From positions 1 to 64,000 of the IMG/VR virus record IMGVR_UViG_2847060657_000007: a DNA stretch of 64,000 bases; one strand, given 5' to 3'. Below are positions 38,323 to 49,353 of the stretch, piece by piece. The first letter of the stretch is position 1; every line of letters starts with the position of its first letter. The notes under the pieces are model-generated. The model did not search any database and was not told the DNA's origin. It worked only from the letters and a program-made list of their open reading frames with translations. Both the position numbers and the translations under genes were made by a program. Source of the stretch: a virus. Its lineage: Duplodnaviria; Caudoviricetes.

Positions 38323-39533
38323 GGTCTCACCTTCTTTAATTCGTTTATCAAAATATCTGATGCTGAATGCGTATTGTTTTTAAAATACTTACTAGAAATC
38401 AACATTGTTTGTGCCTGATAGTGATGAGCACTGGAAGTTACTTGGTAGGTAGCTTTCGCTGTATCATCATCATACCAACGCCCACCAAGGTCGGCAATAA
38501 TATCACTATCATCATTCGTTGTTGGTTTAGAATACACATTAATCCAAATATTACTAATTGGATCTGGTTCAAAAATATAAATATCAGCCTTTCCCACAAA
38601 GCCCATGGGTGTAGGGGTCAATAAAATTTTACTAAGTCTAGTGCCGACAAGATCTATTGTAATCAAACAATTCACTTTACATATCTTATTTTTTGACAAT
38701 TCCTCAGCCAAACCAGCAACATTCCATCCTCTAAAACTATGCCCAACCAAATTAATCTGGGTTTTTGGCTCTTTTTTTAGAATTTCTTTAATATCTGACA
38801 TAAGATTGAGCAATAGATGATCGCCATATTTTTTTGCGATACTATAATTACCGTAAGCCTCTTCATAACCATAGTATTCAAAGGAGGCATTAACAACATC
38901 TCTTGGCAATATCTTCTTAAAATCTGTTAGACAATCCAACATAATATTGGTTGGATTATTGAGATATTCATATTTTTTAGGAATGTAACGTTCAAATCTC
39001 TCTTTACTAAACTTATATTTATCCATGGCTCCACCAACAAAAGCTGTAAAGCTAGCTTTTGGAGCATTAGTATTGATATTTTGGGTTTTATGTGTATTAG
39101 CACTTTGCCCATTCACCCCCTGAGTTACACCCCATGTCAAAACAGTAGGAGTCCCTCCTTCATAAAACCAATTGCCATAAATGTCTCGTACTTTTTTGAA
39201 ATCACCCTTAGTGCCTTTTTGATATGTCTCAAACCCAACATTATTACTCCTATTATTCGGATTGCAAACTACTTTATCAATACCAGTTTTAGCCTCAAAA
39301 AGCACAACAGGGTCCATCTCAATGGCTAGATAACCATTTTTATCATGTCGTGAATTTCTCTTAAATTTCACCTGTTTCATTTTAATTGGCTGACTGTATT
39401 CTCTGGTTACACCCTTAAAGTAGGCAAACTTTGTCGCAATCACAGTGCAACGAAAACTATCCGCCGTCAAAGGATGTTTAATCATAATGCGTAATTGTGC
39501 ATAAATATTTTTCTCAGGGGCTGGGTTTGACAC
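38319..39533 (-). CDS. Alpha/beta-hydrolase (Tle-like lipase) effector, possibly inactivated
   Basis: INLVGHSFRGW (degenerate GxSxG), LITIDLVG, late AHH His; upstream context cut by IS481. Confidence 0.65.
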   Translation of the reverse strand: MSNPAPEKNIYAQLRIMIKHPLTADSFRCTVIATKFAYFKGVTREYSQPIKMKQVKFKRNSRHDKNGYLAIEMDPVVLFEAKTGIDKVVCNPNNRSNNVGFETYQKGTKGDFKKVRDIYGNWFYEGGTPTVLTWGVTQGVNGQSANTHKTQNINTNAPKASFTAFVGGAMDKYKFSKERFERYIPKKYEYLNNPTNIMLDCLTDFKKILPRDVVNASFEYYGYEEAYGNYSIAKKYGDHLLLNLMSDIKEILKKEPKTQINLVGHSFRGWNVAGLAEELSKNKICKVNCLITIDLVGTRLSKILLTPTPMGFVGKADIYIFEPDPISNIWINVYSKPTTNDDSDIIADLGGRWYDDDTAKATYQVTSSAHHYQAQTMLISSKYFKNNTHSASDILINELKKVRP

Positions 39534-39560
39534 ATTTTGCTCCTTTTTTAATTGTTAACA

Positions 39561-40461
39561 TGTAAAATAAACCCCCGTTATTTACAGTATTAAGGTAAAA
39601 TACTGCAAATGAACATACACAAAAACACAAGACTGCTTCCCCACCATAGGAAAGCCATTTGAACTGCTTACCATAAGAACAAGCAATCAGTGACTTCACT
39701 GGCACTCGAGTACAAAGTATCAAGACCTACCATTTACAAGGTCTTAAAACTTGCTCGCATTAAACTCCTTAAGCCTCAAACCAGTACCAATAATCGCTTT
39801 AAACAAGCCAAGTATGGCATTAAACGCTTGGCTAAGGTTGAAAAATCCATTCAAGACAAACTCAAAAGGCAAGCCAAGCGATACAACAAGTCCTATTTTG
39901 GTGAGATGGTTCATGTAGATGCCAAACGCTTACCTTTACTTAAAGGACAAAGTACAAACAGTCCTAGAGAATATCTGTTTGTTGCCGTAGATGACTATTC
40001 TTGTGAACTGTATGCTGCCATACTGCCTGACAAAACAGCCTTTGGTGCAGCACAGTTTCTGGTAGAGCAAGTGATAGAACCTTGTCCTTACCAAATTGAT
40101 GTTATTTACTCTGACAATGGCACTGAATTTAAAGGCACAACACAGCATGAATTTGTCAAAGTATGTTATGATAACCACATCAACCAAAAATTTACCAAAG
40201 TAGGCAGACCACAAACCAATGGCAAAGCTGAACAGGAGATACGAACATTGATGGAGCTTTGGCATCATCAACATGAGTTTGTCAGCAGTGAACATAGAAA
40301 GCAAGAATTAACCAGATTTCTTAATTTCTATAACACTGTTAGACCACATTCATCTTTAACCAAAAAAGATGAGATTACAGGAAAAACTTTGACTTTTACG
40401 CCTTATGAATGGTTAGAGTTTTATTTTAAACAAAGTGTAAATAACGGGTGAGGTTTTTACA
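39561..40461 (+). mobile_element. IS481-family element with pseudogenised transposase
   Basis: 26-bp imperfect IRs starting TGTAAAA; frame ATG 39609 (MNIHKNTRL) with in-frame TGA at 39660, then HVDAKRL/SDNGTEF/QTNGKAE integrase core; no target duplication seen. Confidence 0.85.
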
Positions 40462-40559
40462 GATAATTTATAAATATAAAAAATAAATATATTGGTTTTA
40501 TTGATAGCTTTATTATTTATCAAGGAATTTTACAGTTTTTCAATACAAATTTAAACAAC

Positions 40560-40591
40560 AAAAAGCCCAAACCTTTCGATTTGGACTTTTT
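40560..40591 (-). terminator. Hairpin terminator downstream of the tRNA-Gly fragment
   Basis: AAAAAGCCCAAA-loop-TTTGGACTTTTT, 6 nt from the CCA end. Confidence 0.6.
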
Positions 40592-40597
40592 GAAATT

Positions 40598-40642
40598 TGG
40601 AGCGGGAAACGAGATTCGAACTCGCGACCCCAACCTTGGCAA
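40598..40642 (-). tRNA. 3' half of tRNA-Gly(GCC) only; probable attachment-site remnant
   Basis: Minus strand TTGCCAAGGTTGGGGTCGCGAGTTCGAATCTCGTTTCCCGCTCCA; breaks at the anticodon loop; no D-arm or 5' acceptor strand upstream. Confidence 0.85.
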
Positions 40643-40804
40643 TGTCAGCCACCAAAGTCGCCTAGATAACCTTAACCCTTAAAAACAAGCCATAACAAGC
40701 ATTTATGGTTTGTTTTTTTGTAAAAATTATTTGCCAATAAAGGTAATTTTAAGTAATATTGTAAGATATTATCACATCAATCACTCTATCAATGAGGACT
40801 AGTC

Positions 40805-41125
40805 ATGGTAGCAGGTTCAGAAATTAAAATAAATGAGCATGGTGTATTCATTACCACACCGAAGATTTTCAAAGTCAAAGCAGAGACAACAAAGCTTCTG
40901 GAGGGTGAGCAGGTACCCATGCCCAACTTGCCCTTCTTACCCAAGCTCTACACGCTGTGTTTTTACTTTACCAATGATGATAATGTGCCATATGCTCATA
41001 CTACTTATACTGCCCACAATAAAGTAACGGGCGAGCTATTCGAGGGGATTACTGACGATAAGGGCAAGACACAAGTGTTTTATACAGACTCCCAAGAGGA
41101 TATCGAAATTCATCTAGATATTTAA
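40805..41125 (+). CDS. Orphan VgrG C-terminal tip (106 aa)
   Basis: GSEIKINEHGVFITTPKIFKVK aligns with GSEFKMNEQGVFITTPGVFQVK; tip GITDDKGKT; GAGGA RBS; in-frame TGA four codons upstream. Confidence 0.75.
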   Translation: MVAGSEIKINEHGVFITTPKIFKVKAETTKLLEGEQVPMPNLPFLPKLYTLCFYFTNDDNVPYAHTTYTAHNKVTGELFEGITDDKGKTQVFYTDSQEDIEIHLDI

Positions 41126-41134
41126 GGAGTTATT

Positions 41135-42931
41135 ATGTTGCAAAAAGAATATAAAACCACCACCGCCAGCACAGCGACAGATGCTCCGACTTGCAAGGTG
41201 GTCATCTCTGGTGTCCCTCGAAAATTTTTGGTACATTTTCGCAAACCTCTTGTTGATGACCCTTGGGGTTCTGTGAGCGAGCAAGTGCAAAACTTTGGTT
41301 TTGACTGGCTTCGAGATGAGTACATCCATGACATCGTCTCTGTCCTAGAAAATAACAATGAGCCCACACGCTTATACAGGGGCGATATTGACAAACTTAA
41401 AAAAGAATATACCCATCTTTGGTTTGATGACCCACAGCCTGTCGAGGTTTTAAGTAGGATTAAGACCTGCGGTGTCGATGAATATATCCCATCATGGCTG
41501 GCAGTATTTGCTGAGAAGCATAAGCCCGAAGGCGTAACACACACCCATGCTAAACTCCATCTACAGATAGACCAAGAGGCAGTAGACATGGATAGACCAC
41601 TTGCCAAAGATGGCACGGTACTGATATTTACCCCCAGTGATGATGGTGTTGAGATTTATTTTAGAGACAAGTCTAGAGACAAGAACATTCTAAAGGTGCC
41701 ACTGGAGATATTTTTGGAAAAAGGTCAACTCACCCGTCCTTTGGGCAAAGACACCTCCATTAAATACTATGCCGACCCAACCAAACAGCTTACCATCAAG
41801 GTCAAAACCCCCAGTGATAAGGTTCGCCATATCTTGGTAACCGCCAAACATAATAATCACAGCCGAGATGTTGGTGTTCTACTCATCTATCCCAATCATG
41901 AGATACCCGCCGCACACATTCAAGTAGTGCAATTTGCCATGATACCAAACAGCTACGCCATGCCAGAGCTTAGATATCAGGATAGACTAAGATCAGAAGC
42001 CTTTGGTCAGGCACTTATCAATCTAACCTTTGAGAGTAAGGTTTTTAACATGAGGCTTCATGAAAAAATACACACACGCCACCATCAAAGAGAGATAGAA
42101 GAGTTTTTAAAAAAATACGAATGTAGAAAAACCAGAACAAATAGCTACCCAAATCTGTTGGCTTTTAATAACACTCCTATAGATCGGCAAAATAGGTCAA
42201 ATTTTGACTTGGATGTTCGGCAGTTATTTGAGCAACTGTATCCCAATACAGCACTACAAAGCAGTGCCATCTATGGCCACTGGACGGAGAGCAATCAAAA
42301 TAAAACTACCCATCTCATATTTACCGATGTCAAGCCTGTTACCATGAATGTGGCAGTACCAACCTGCGAACCTGACGAGACAGGAAAAATACCTTCCACA
42401 GAGTATATTCATTCAGATAGCAGTGTTACTGGTGCCATTGGCGGTGTTGTAACACCACGCCCCTTTACAGAAGATGAAATCTCTTGTGGTTGTTTTGCAG
42501 GTATTCCTAACGACAAGTTATTAAACCAAGCCGATTATGTCAGTGGCAATACCGCCATCATCTATGCTGTCGCACAAAATGATATTTATGCGATATTTCA
42601 CGAGCTTGGACACAGCTTTGGTCTGCCTCATACTTTTGACAAGCCACCAGAATTAGATAAACTCAAAGCCAGCAAAGGACATCTAGACGAGAGCCACGCC
42701 AAAGCCATCCTAAACCACTTTCCCACATATCAGTTTTATCAAGGATATACAGATAATGTGATGGATTATGAGGGGAGAATACCGTCATCTAAAACTCAAC
42801 GAGATAAAGAAGCACCAGAGTATCCAACAGTCAATGAATATTCAGGTAAAATGAATTCTCTGTTTAAGTGGCAATGGAATATCCTCCGTGCTGACAGAAG
42901 CCTAACCATTCCCAAGAATAAGGAGTTATGA
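41135..42931 (+). CDS. Zinc metallopeptidase T6SS effector (HExxHxxGxxH)
   Basis: FHELGHSFGLPHTF and Met-turn NVMDY; follows the vgrG tip; N-terminal GFDWLRDEY shared with the PAAR effector. Confidence 0.8.
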   Translation: MLQKEYKTTTASTATDAPTCKVVISGVPRKFLVHFRKPLVDDPWGSVSEQVQNFGFDWLRDEYIHDIVSVLENNNEPTRLYRGDIDKLKKEYTHLWFDDPQPVEVLSRIKTCGVDEYIPSWLAVFAEKHKPEGVTHTHAKLHLQIDQEAVDMDRPLAKDGTVLIFTPSDDGVEIYFRDKSRDKNILKVPLEIFLEKGQLTRPLGKDTSIKYYADPTKQLTIKVKTPSDKVRHILVTAKHNNHSRDVGVLLIYPNHEIPAAHIQVVQFAMIPNSYAMPELRYQDRLRSEAFGQALINLTFESKVFNMRLHEKIHTRHHQREIEEFLKKYECRKTRTNSYPNLLAFNNTPIDRQNRSNFDLDVRQLFEQLYPNTALQSSAIYGHWTESNQNKTTHLIFTDVKPVTMNVAVPTCEPDETGKIPSTEYIHSDSSVTGAIGGVVTPRPFTEDEISCGCFAGIPNDKLLNQADYVSGNTAIIYAVAQNDIYAIFHELGHSFGLPHTFDKPPELDKLKASKGHLDESHAKAILNHFPTYQFYQGYTDNVMDYEGRIPSSKTQRDKEAPEYPTVNEYSGKMNSLFKWQWNILRADRSLTIPKNKEL

Positions 42932-43581
42932 TGAAATACTTTATCGCCACGCTATTTGCTCTTATCCATACAACTGCCTTTTCGGCACCACCTTATGAGT
43001 CAGCAGATTATTATAGCGAAAAACATTGCACTCCTAAGCATACATTTGAATATGACTATATACCGCCTCCACCTGTATACATAGGCATACCCCATGACAG
43101 AAAAGTTAAACTGATGTCTTTTGATGAATTCTTGACCCGTTTTGAAGTATCTTTGGATAAACATACAGATGAGCTGAGTCGTTGGGTTGTAAAAGAAAAT
43201 AAAGCTCACATCATGCAGTTTAACGAATTAAACAGCTATCTTTATATCGGTAGAAGCCATGGCATGGTTCACTATTTACAATATTACATGCGTCATGAAA
43301 CAGAAAAAGATAAGAAAAGAACGCATACTTTATCCGACGATGACAAAATGGCAATGATAGAAACCATTAATTTGGTTGTTCAAGACCATCAAAAATCCCA
43401 AGAAATATTAGACGAACTCTATAAAAGATATTTAGGGCGATTAGAGCTTGTTGTCGATGGATATATCTCTGTTTTTTTAGAGCATGATGGGAAGTATTTT
43501 TCTTTAAGGGGTATTAACACTCATTATCATCCTATAAAAAGATGTAATTTTAAAGTAGTGTATGCCTTATCTATTCTTTAA
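42928..43581 (+). CDS. Periplasmic immunity paralog 1
   Basis: Signal peptide MKYFIATLFALIHTTAFS-A; ATGA overlap with the effector stop. Confidence 0.75.
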   Translation: MMKYFIATLFALIHTTAFSAPPYESADYYSEKHCTPKHTFEYDYIPPPPVYIGIPHDRKVKLMSFDEFLTRFEVSLDKHTDELSRWVVKENKAHIMQFNELNSYLYIGRSHGMVHYLQYYMRHETEKDKKRTHTLSDDDKMAMIETINLVVQDHQKSQEILDELYKRYLGRLELVVDGYISVFLEHDGKYFSLRGINTHYHPIKRCNFKVVYALSIL

Positions 43582-43641
43582 ATGGCAATGGAATATCCTC
43601 CGTGCTGACAGAAGCCTAACCATCCCCAAGAATAAGGAGTT

Positions 43642-44283
43642 ATGATGAAATACTTTATCGCCACTTTATTTGCCTTTATCCATACAACTGCTTTTTCAGC
43701 ACCGCCTTATGAGTCAGCGGATTACTATAGTGAGACGCATTGTGTGCCAAAATGGCAAGTGCGGCATAATTATATACCTCCAACTCCGTATATCGGCATA
43801 CCTGACGATAGGGAGGCTGAACTGATGTCTTTTAGTGAGTTTTTATCTCGCTTTAATGTGTCTTTAGATAAACATACAGATGAGCTAAGTCGTTGGGTTG
43901 TAAAAGAAGGTATTAGTCATATTATGCATTTTAAGGAATTAAATAGTTATCTTAGTATTGATAGAAATAATGAAGTGGTTTACCGTTTAACATATCTCTC
44001 GTCAGATGATGAAAATACCAAAAAACACAATTTAACCAATCATGACAAAATGGCAATGATAGAAACCATTAATTTGGTTGTTCAAGACCATCAAAAATCC
44101 CAAGAAATATTAGACGAACTGTATAAAAGATATTTAGGTCAGTTAGAGCTTGTTGTTGATGGAGAGATTATAGCTTTTCTCGAATATAATGGTAATTATT
44201 TTTATTTAAGAGGCGTCAATACCCATTATCATCCCATAGAAAGATGTAACTTTCAAGAAATATATGCCTTAACCATTCTTTAA
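43642..44283 (+). CDS. Periplasmic immunity paralog 2
   Basis: Same family (VQDHQKSQEILDELYKRYLG); preceded by a copy of the effector 3' end. Confidence 0.75.
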   Translation: MMKYFIATLFAFIHTTAFSAPPYESADYYSETHCVPKWQVRHNYIPPTPYIGIPDDREAELMSFSEFLSRFNVSLDKHTDELSRWVVKEGISHIMHFKELNSYLSIDRNNEVVYRLTYLSSDDENTKKHNLTNHDKMAMIETINLVVQDHQKSQEILDELYKRYLGQLELVVDGEIIAFLEYNGNYFYLRGVNTHYHPIERCNFQEIYALTIL

Positions 44284-44347
44284 ATGGCAATGGAATATCC
44301 TCCGTGCCGACAGAAGCCTAACCATCCCCAAAGAATAAGGAGTCATC

Positions 44348-44980
44348 ATGAAATACTTTATCGCCACTTTATTTGTCTTTATCCATACAACCGCTTTTTC
44401 AGCACCGCCTTATCAGTCCGCCGAACATTATCATGCTGGAACTTGTGATTTTTATAGCACGCTCATTTTTCCGCGGACACCGCCTTATATTGGTATACCC
44501 CTTGATAGAAATGTAAATCTTATTCCTTATCAAGAATTTATGGAGCGTCTAGAACCTGTTTTAGGTCAATATATAGACCCAAGAAGCCGTTGGGCTGAGA
44601 GTGAGGGTTTGCAACAATTTTTGGCTTTAAAGGATTTTGGTAGTGAATTGTATCTTTTTAAGAAAAACAAAAATATTTATAAAATCAGCTATATTACATC
44701 AAATACTATAGATATTGAAAATCAAAATCTGAGCAATTCTGACAAAATGATGATTTTGGATACAATTAATATTTTTGTTCAAGACCACCAAAAATCCCAA
44801 GAAATATTAGACGAACTCTATAAAAGATATTTGGGACAGTTAGAGCTTGTTGTTGATGGATATATCTCTGTTTTTTTAGAGCATGATGGGAAGTATTTTT
44901 CTATGAAAGGTTATAATATAAATTACCATCCGATAGAAAGATGTAACTATAAAATTATTCACTCAATTAGTATCGAATGA
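44348..44980 (+). CDS. Periplasmic immunity paralog 3 (most divergent)
   Basis: Same signal peptide and C-terminal block; divergent middle. Confidence 0.75.
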   Translation: MKYFIATLFVFIHTTAFSAPPYQSAEHYHAGTCDFYSTLIFPRTPPYIGIPLDRNVNLIPYQEFMERLEPVLGQYIDPRSRWAESEGLQQFLALKDFGSELYLFKKNKNIYKISYITSNTIDIENQNLSNSDKMMILDTINIFVQDHQKSQEILDELYKRYLGQLELVVDGYISVFLEHDGKYFSMKGYNINYHPIERCNYKIIHSISIE

Positions 44981-45061
44981 ATGTACATTAATGTTTTAAA
45001 TTCTGCTCTATTTTTTTGCACCAACAGAAGCCTCACCATCCCCAAAGAATAAGGAATCATC

Positions 45062-45709
45062 ATGAAATACTTTATCGCCACGCTATTTGCTCTTATCCAT
45101 ACAACTGCTTTTTCAGCACCGCCTTATGAGTCAGCAGATTACTATAGTGAGACGCATTGTGTGCCAGAATGGCAAGTGAGATATAATTATTTCTCTCCAC
45201 CTGTATACACGGGCATACCTCATGACAGAAAAGTTAAACTGATGTCTTTTGATGAATTCTTGACCCGTTTTGAAGTATCTTTGGATAAACATACAGACGA
45301 TCTAAGTCGTTGGGTTGTAAAAGAAGGTAAAGATCACATCATGCAGTTTAACGAATTAAACAGCTATCTTTATATCGGTAGAAGTCATGGCATGGTTCAC
45401 TATTTACAATATTATATGCGTCATGGAACAGAAAAAGATAAGAAAAGAACGCATACTTTATCCGACGATGACAAAATGGCAATGATAGAAACCATTAATT
45501 TGGTTGTTCAAGACCATCAAAAATCCCAAGAAATATTGGACGAACTGTATAAAAGATATTTAGGACAGTTAGAGCTTGTTGTCGATGGGTATATCTCTGT
45601 TTTTTTAGAGCATGATGGGAAGTATTTTTCTTTAATAGGTGTTAATACTCATTATCATCCTATAAAAAGATGTAATTTTAAAGTAGTGTATGCCTTATCT
45701 ATTCTTTAA
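45062..45709 (+). CDS. Periplasmic immunity paralog 4 (mosaic of 1 and 2)
   Basis: SETHCVP.WQVR segment like paralog 2; remainder like paralog 1. Confidence 0.75.
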   Translation: MKYFIATLFALIHTTAFSAPPYESADYYSETHCVPEWQVRYNYFSPPVYTGIPHDRKVKLMSFDEFLTRFEVSLDKHTDDLSRWVVKEGKDHIMQFNELNSYLYIGRSHGMVHYLQYYMRHGTEKDKKRTHTLSDDDKMAMIETINLVVQDHQKSQEILDELYKRYLGQLELVVDGYISVFLEHDGKYFSLIGVNTHYHPIKRCNFKVVYALSIL

Positions 45710-45858
45710 ATGGCAATGGCACATCCTCCGTACTGGCAGAAGTTCAATGACACCAAACATCCATCATTTGCTTCCACCACAATTATGATTTGGTTGTGGA
45801 CTTTTGGTGAGATATTTTGTTATGATATTGCTTTTAAGCCACCAAACAAGGAACCGAT

Positions 45859-48510
45859 ATGTCTCAAATCAACCGCTCTGCTTTATTTGCCAAACTAAAT
45901 ACATCACTATATAAGAGCCTTGAAAGTGCTTTTATGTTTGCCAAGTTGCGTGAAAATAGGTATGTTGAACTCTCCCATTGGATATATCAAATATTACAAA
46001 TGGACGATACGGATTTACGATTCATAGAGGGTCATTTTGAACTAAATCACGACTATCTAATAAGCGACATTGCAAACCACTTAAAAACCCTAAAAACAGG
46101 CTATGAACAGGTCAGTGACTTCTCTGATGACGTCATGACACTCATTGAAGAGTCATGGCTGTACGTCTCCATAAACTTTAATCAAACACGCATCACCACA
46201 GGTCATCTTATTTACACACTGTTAGAATCCAACCAGTTTAAACACCAACTTCTTAGAATCAGTTCCGAATTTGGCAAAATCAATACTCAAAAGCTGTATG
46301 ACGACTACAACCAAATATGCCAACATTCCATTGAAAAACCCACAGCTCAGGAAGTCTCCTTGTCACCCAGTGACCCAACGGGGCAATCTGCCTTGGCACG
46401 TTTTGGCACCAATCTTACCGAGCAGGCACGACAAGAGAAGTTAGACCCCGTTACAGGCAGGGATAACGAAATCCGCCAAATGGTGGATATACTCTCTCGC
46501 AAAAAGCAGAACAACCCATTATTGACTGGTGAGGCTGGTGTAGGAAAGACTGCTGTCGTTGAAGGTCTTGCTCTAAAAATTGCTCAAGGCGATGTGCCAA
46601 ACCACCTAAGAGAAGTTGAAATCATCTTACTTGATATCGGTGCACTCAAGGCAGGAGCAAGTGTCTCTGGTGAGTTTGAAAATCGCCTAAAAGCAGTTAT
46701 CAAAGAAGTCCACCAAAGTCCCAAGCCTATCATCTTGTTCATTGATGAGATTCATACATTAGTGGGTGCTGGCGGTGCTGCAGGTACAGGCGATGCCGCC
46801 AATCTTTTAAAACCCGCTTTGGCAAGAGGCGAGCTTCGCACCATTGGTGCAACCACATGGTCAGAATACAAAAAATATTTTGAAAAAGACCCCGCACTTA
46901 CCCGAAGATTTCAAGTCATTCAAGTGCCAGAACCCAACCAAAAAGTGGCAACTGATATGCTAAGGGGCTTGGTGGACAGACTAGAATCCCATCATCAGGT
47001 ACTCATCTTAGAAGATGCCGTGCAAACTGCTGTCAAATTCTCAGCTCGCTATATTCCTGCACGACAATTGCCAGACAAAGCTATTAGCATTCTTGATACC
47101 GCTTGTGCTAGGGTTGCCGTCAGCTTAAACAGCACCCCCCTGTCTATCACCACCAAAGAAGAAAGCATAAAATCCATCGAACAGCAGATTCACCAGCTTC
47201 AAAAACAACAAGAATCAGGCTACCTAACCGATGGCGATGTCATTGCACAAAAACAGCAACAAATCCAAGCCATACAGTCAGAGTTGGATGTTATCAATGC
47301 ACAATATCAAGACCAAAAACAACTTGTCGAGGCACTTCATGCAATCAGAGCATCCATAACCTCATCGGATGATGATAAACCAGAAGAAATAAAAGCCCTC
47401 AAGGCAGAGCAACAAGCACTTATCACAAAACTTCAGACCATACAAAAACAAGAGACATTGGTTCATCCTGTGGTAGATTCTCATCTCATCGCTCAAATCA
47501 TTGCTGAATGGACAGGCATTCCCATTGGAAAAATGATGGATGATGAAGTGCAAAAAATCCTTCATTTATCAGAAACGCTCAACCAACGAATCATCGGTCA
47601 GCCTCATGCAACTGATATGATAGCCAAACGCATACAGACCGCCAGAGCCAATCTAGACAACCCCAACAAACCGATTGGCGTCTTTATGCTAACAGGACCC
47701 TCTGGCGTGGGCAAAACCGAAACCGCCCTCGCACTGGCAGACATCATGTATGGCGGTGAACAAAACCTCATTACCATCAACATGAGTGAATACCAAGAAC
47801 CTCATACCGTCTCCACGCTTAAAGGTGCCCCTCCAGGATATGTCGGCTATGGTGAAGGTGGCGTACTGACTGAAGCCGTTCGCAGACGTCCTTATAGTGT
47901 TGTCCTGCTAGATGAGATAGAAAAGGCTCATCCCGATGTTTATGAGATTTTCTTTCAGGTCTTTGATAAAGGATTTATGGAAGATGGCGAGGGTCGCTAT
48001 ATTGACTTCAAAAACACCATCATCATCCTAACCACCAATGTCGGCTCAGAGCTTACCCTAACTTTATGTCAAGACGAGCTTCTAAAACCCGATATAGAAG
48101 GACTGGCTACGGCATTAAGAGAGCCTCTATTGCAGACTTTTCCGGCGGCACTTTTGGGTAGAATCCAAAACATTCCCTACTACCCACTCAATCACGAGAT
48201 GATGTCACACATCATCACCCTGCAACTAAACAAAGTCATCAAACGCATGCAGGATAATCATAACATCACATTAAGCCATGATGATGCCGTCATCACCCTC
48301 ATCGCCAACCGCTGTCAAGAAATAGAGTCAGGCGGTCGTATGATTGATGCCATCATCACCAATCACATCCTGCCCATGATAAGTCATGAGATACTTTTAT
48401 CTATCGGCAATCCTAGTCCCATAAGAAACATGACATTGACCGTTGTTGATAATGAATTTAAACTTACCATTGATAGACACACTCAACATGAAGACATCCC
48501 ATGCCCCTAA
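45859..48510 (+). CDS. clpV: T6SS ATPase ClpV (TssH)
   Basis: [15 protein letters not shown]-terminus; GEAGVGKT and GPSGVGKTE Walker A motifs; [23 protein letters not shown]. Confidence 0.92.
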   Translation: MSQINRSALFAKLNTSLYKSLESAFMFAKLRENRYVELSHWIYQILQMDDTDLRFIEGHFELNHDYLISDIANHLKTLKTGYEQVSDFSDDVMTLIEESWLYVSINFNQTRITTGHLIYTLLESNQFKHQLLRISSEFGKINTQKLYDDYNQICQHSIEKPTAQEVSLSPSDPTGQSALARFGTNLTEQARQEKLDPVTGRDNEIRQMVDILSRKKQNNPLLTGEAGVGKTAVVEGLALKIAQGDVPNHLREVEIILLDIGALKAGASVSGEFENRLKAVIKEVHQSPKPIILFIDEIHTLVGAGGAAGTGDAANLLKPALARGELRTIGATTWSEYKKYFEKDPALTRRFQVIQVPEPNQKVATDMLRGLVDRLESHHQVLILEDAVQTAVKFSARYIPARQLPDKAISILDTACARVAVSLNSTPLSITTKEESIKSIEQQIHQLQKQQESGYLTDGDVIAQKQQQIQAIQSELDVINAQYQDQKQLVEALHAIRASITSSDDDKPEEIKALKAEQQALITKLQTIQKQETLVHPVVDSHLIAQIIAEWTGIPIGKMMDDEVQKILHLSETLNQRIIGQPHATDMIAKRIQTARANLDNPNKPIGVFMLTGPSGVGKTETALALADIMYGGEQNLITINMSEYQEPHTVSTLKGAPPGYVGYGEGGVLTEAVRRRPYSVVLLDEIEKAHPDVYEIFFQVFDKGFMEDGEGRYIDFKNTIIILTTNVGSELTLTLCQDELLKPDIEGLATALREPLLQTFPAALLGRIQNIPYYPLNHEMMSHIITLQLNKVIKRMQDNHNITLSHDDAVITLIANRCQEIESGGRMIDAIITNHILPMISHEILLSIGNPSPIRNMTLTVVDNEFKLTIDRHTQHEDIPCP

Positions 48511-49353
48511 CCCGTTACTACATCCTAGAAAACGACACCACCACAGCAGGCGGTATCGTCCAGACAACCACCAATCCCATTGTCTTTAATGTAGATGGCA
48601 AAAAGCAAAGCTGTATCGGCGATGATGTCTGGTGTTCTGCTTGTCAATCAATGGGCAAAATTGTACCAACAGGTCCAAGATTGTCTTTTTCTTTGGGTGG
48701 AGCAATGCCTGCTTTAAATGATGATTTGTGTCTATGCAAATGCACTCCACCACCAAAACTTGTGCATTCACAGACAAGTTTTAAAGAGATTATTGATGAT
48801 AATAGACTTGCCCAATATCGCCAAGCACAAGCACAGTATCGCCAAGCAAAATTACAAAACAATCTAACCAGCACCAAGGCTAACGATAACTTGCCAAACT
48901 TTACCGTGCATTTTAGAAGACCTGATGATTATCAAGGGAGGTATGGGTTTGATTGGTTAAGAGATGAGTATATTTATCCTTTGGTTGAGGTTAATAGCAA
49001 AAAACAGCGATTATTTCAAGGGTTGGATATTAAAAACTTAATTGGCGAATATCGCAAATTTAAAACGCAATCCATAAAAGAATTGGATAATATAGACAAT
49101 CCAAACTATACCCCTACTTGGCTAACCCTATTTGCCCCGACCAATTCTGTTGGTGTTAGTCAAGTCTCATTAAAGTTGCGTATAGATTCAGATGAAACCA
49201 ATCCGCAATCTTTAACCGATAATGGTATAGCCTTATCTTTTGAGTGTAGTCAAGGACTGCAGATAGCCACACCTACACTATCATTGGGTCAAGCTTTATC
49301 ACAAATGACCAAACAACAAATCCATTTTGATGATACCATTCTTATTCAAGAAG
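48501..49353 (+). pseudogene. PAAR-domain effector truncated by IS30
   Basis: N-terminal PAAR (GDDVWCSAC...DLCLCKCTPPP); then GFDWLRDEY domain homologous to 41135-42931; frame ends at the IS30 end (49354). Confidence 0.8.

Noticed and set aside
826-39662. Alternative genetic code (TGA = Trp) to explain in-frame TGAs
   Set aside because: TGG codons are abundant, several intact genes end in TGA (3274, 23374, 42931), and an IS630 nonsense is TAG; ordinary nonsense mutation suffices.
39555-40467. Composite transposon formed by IS481 ends at 39561 and 50457
   Set aside because: No matching target duplications, and the second end is a 33-bp stub.
40598-40642. Functional tRNA-Gly
   Set aside because: The 5' half is absent.
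41114-41616. Antisense ORFs of 164 and 71 aa, and similar antisense ORFs in rtcR, rsr and clpV
   Set aside because: They overlap well-supported genes on the opposite strand and have no motifs.
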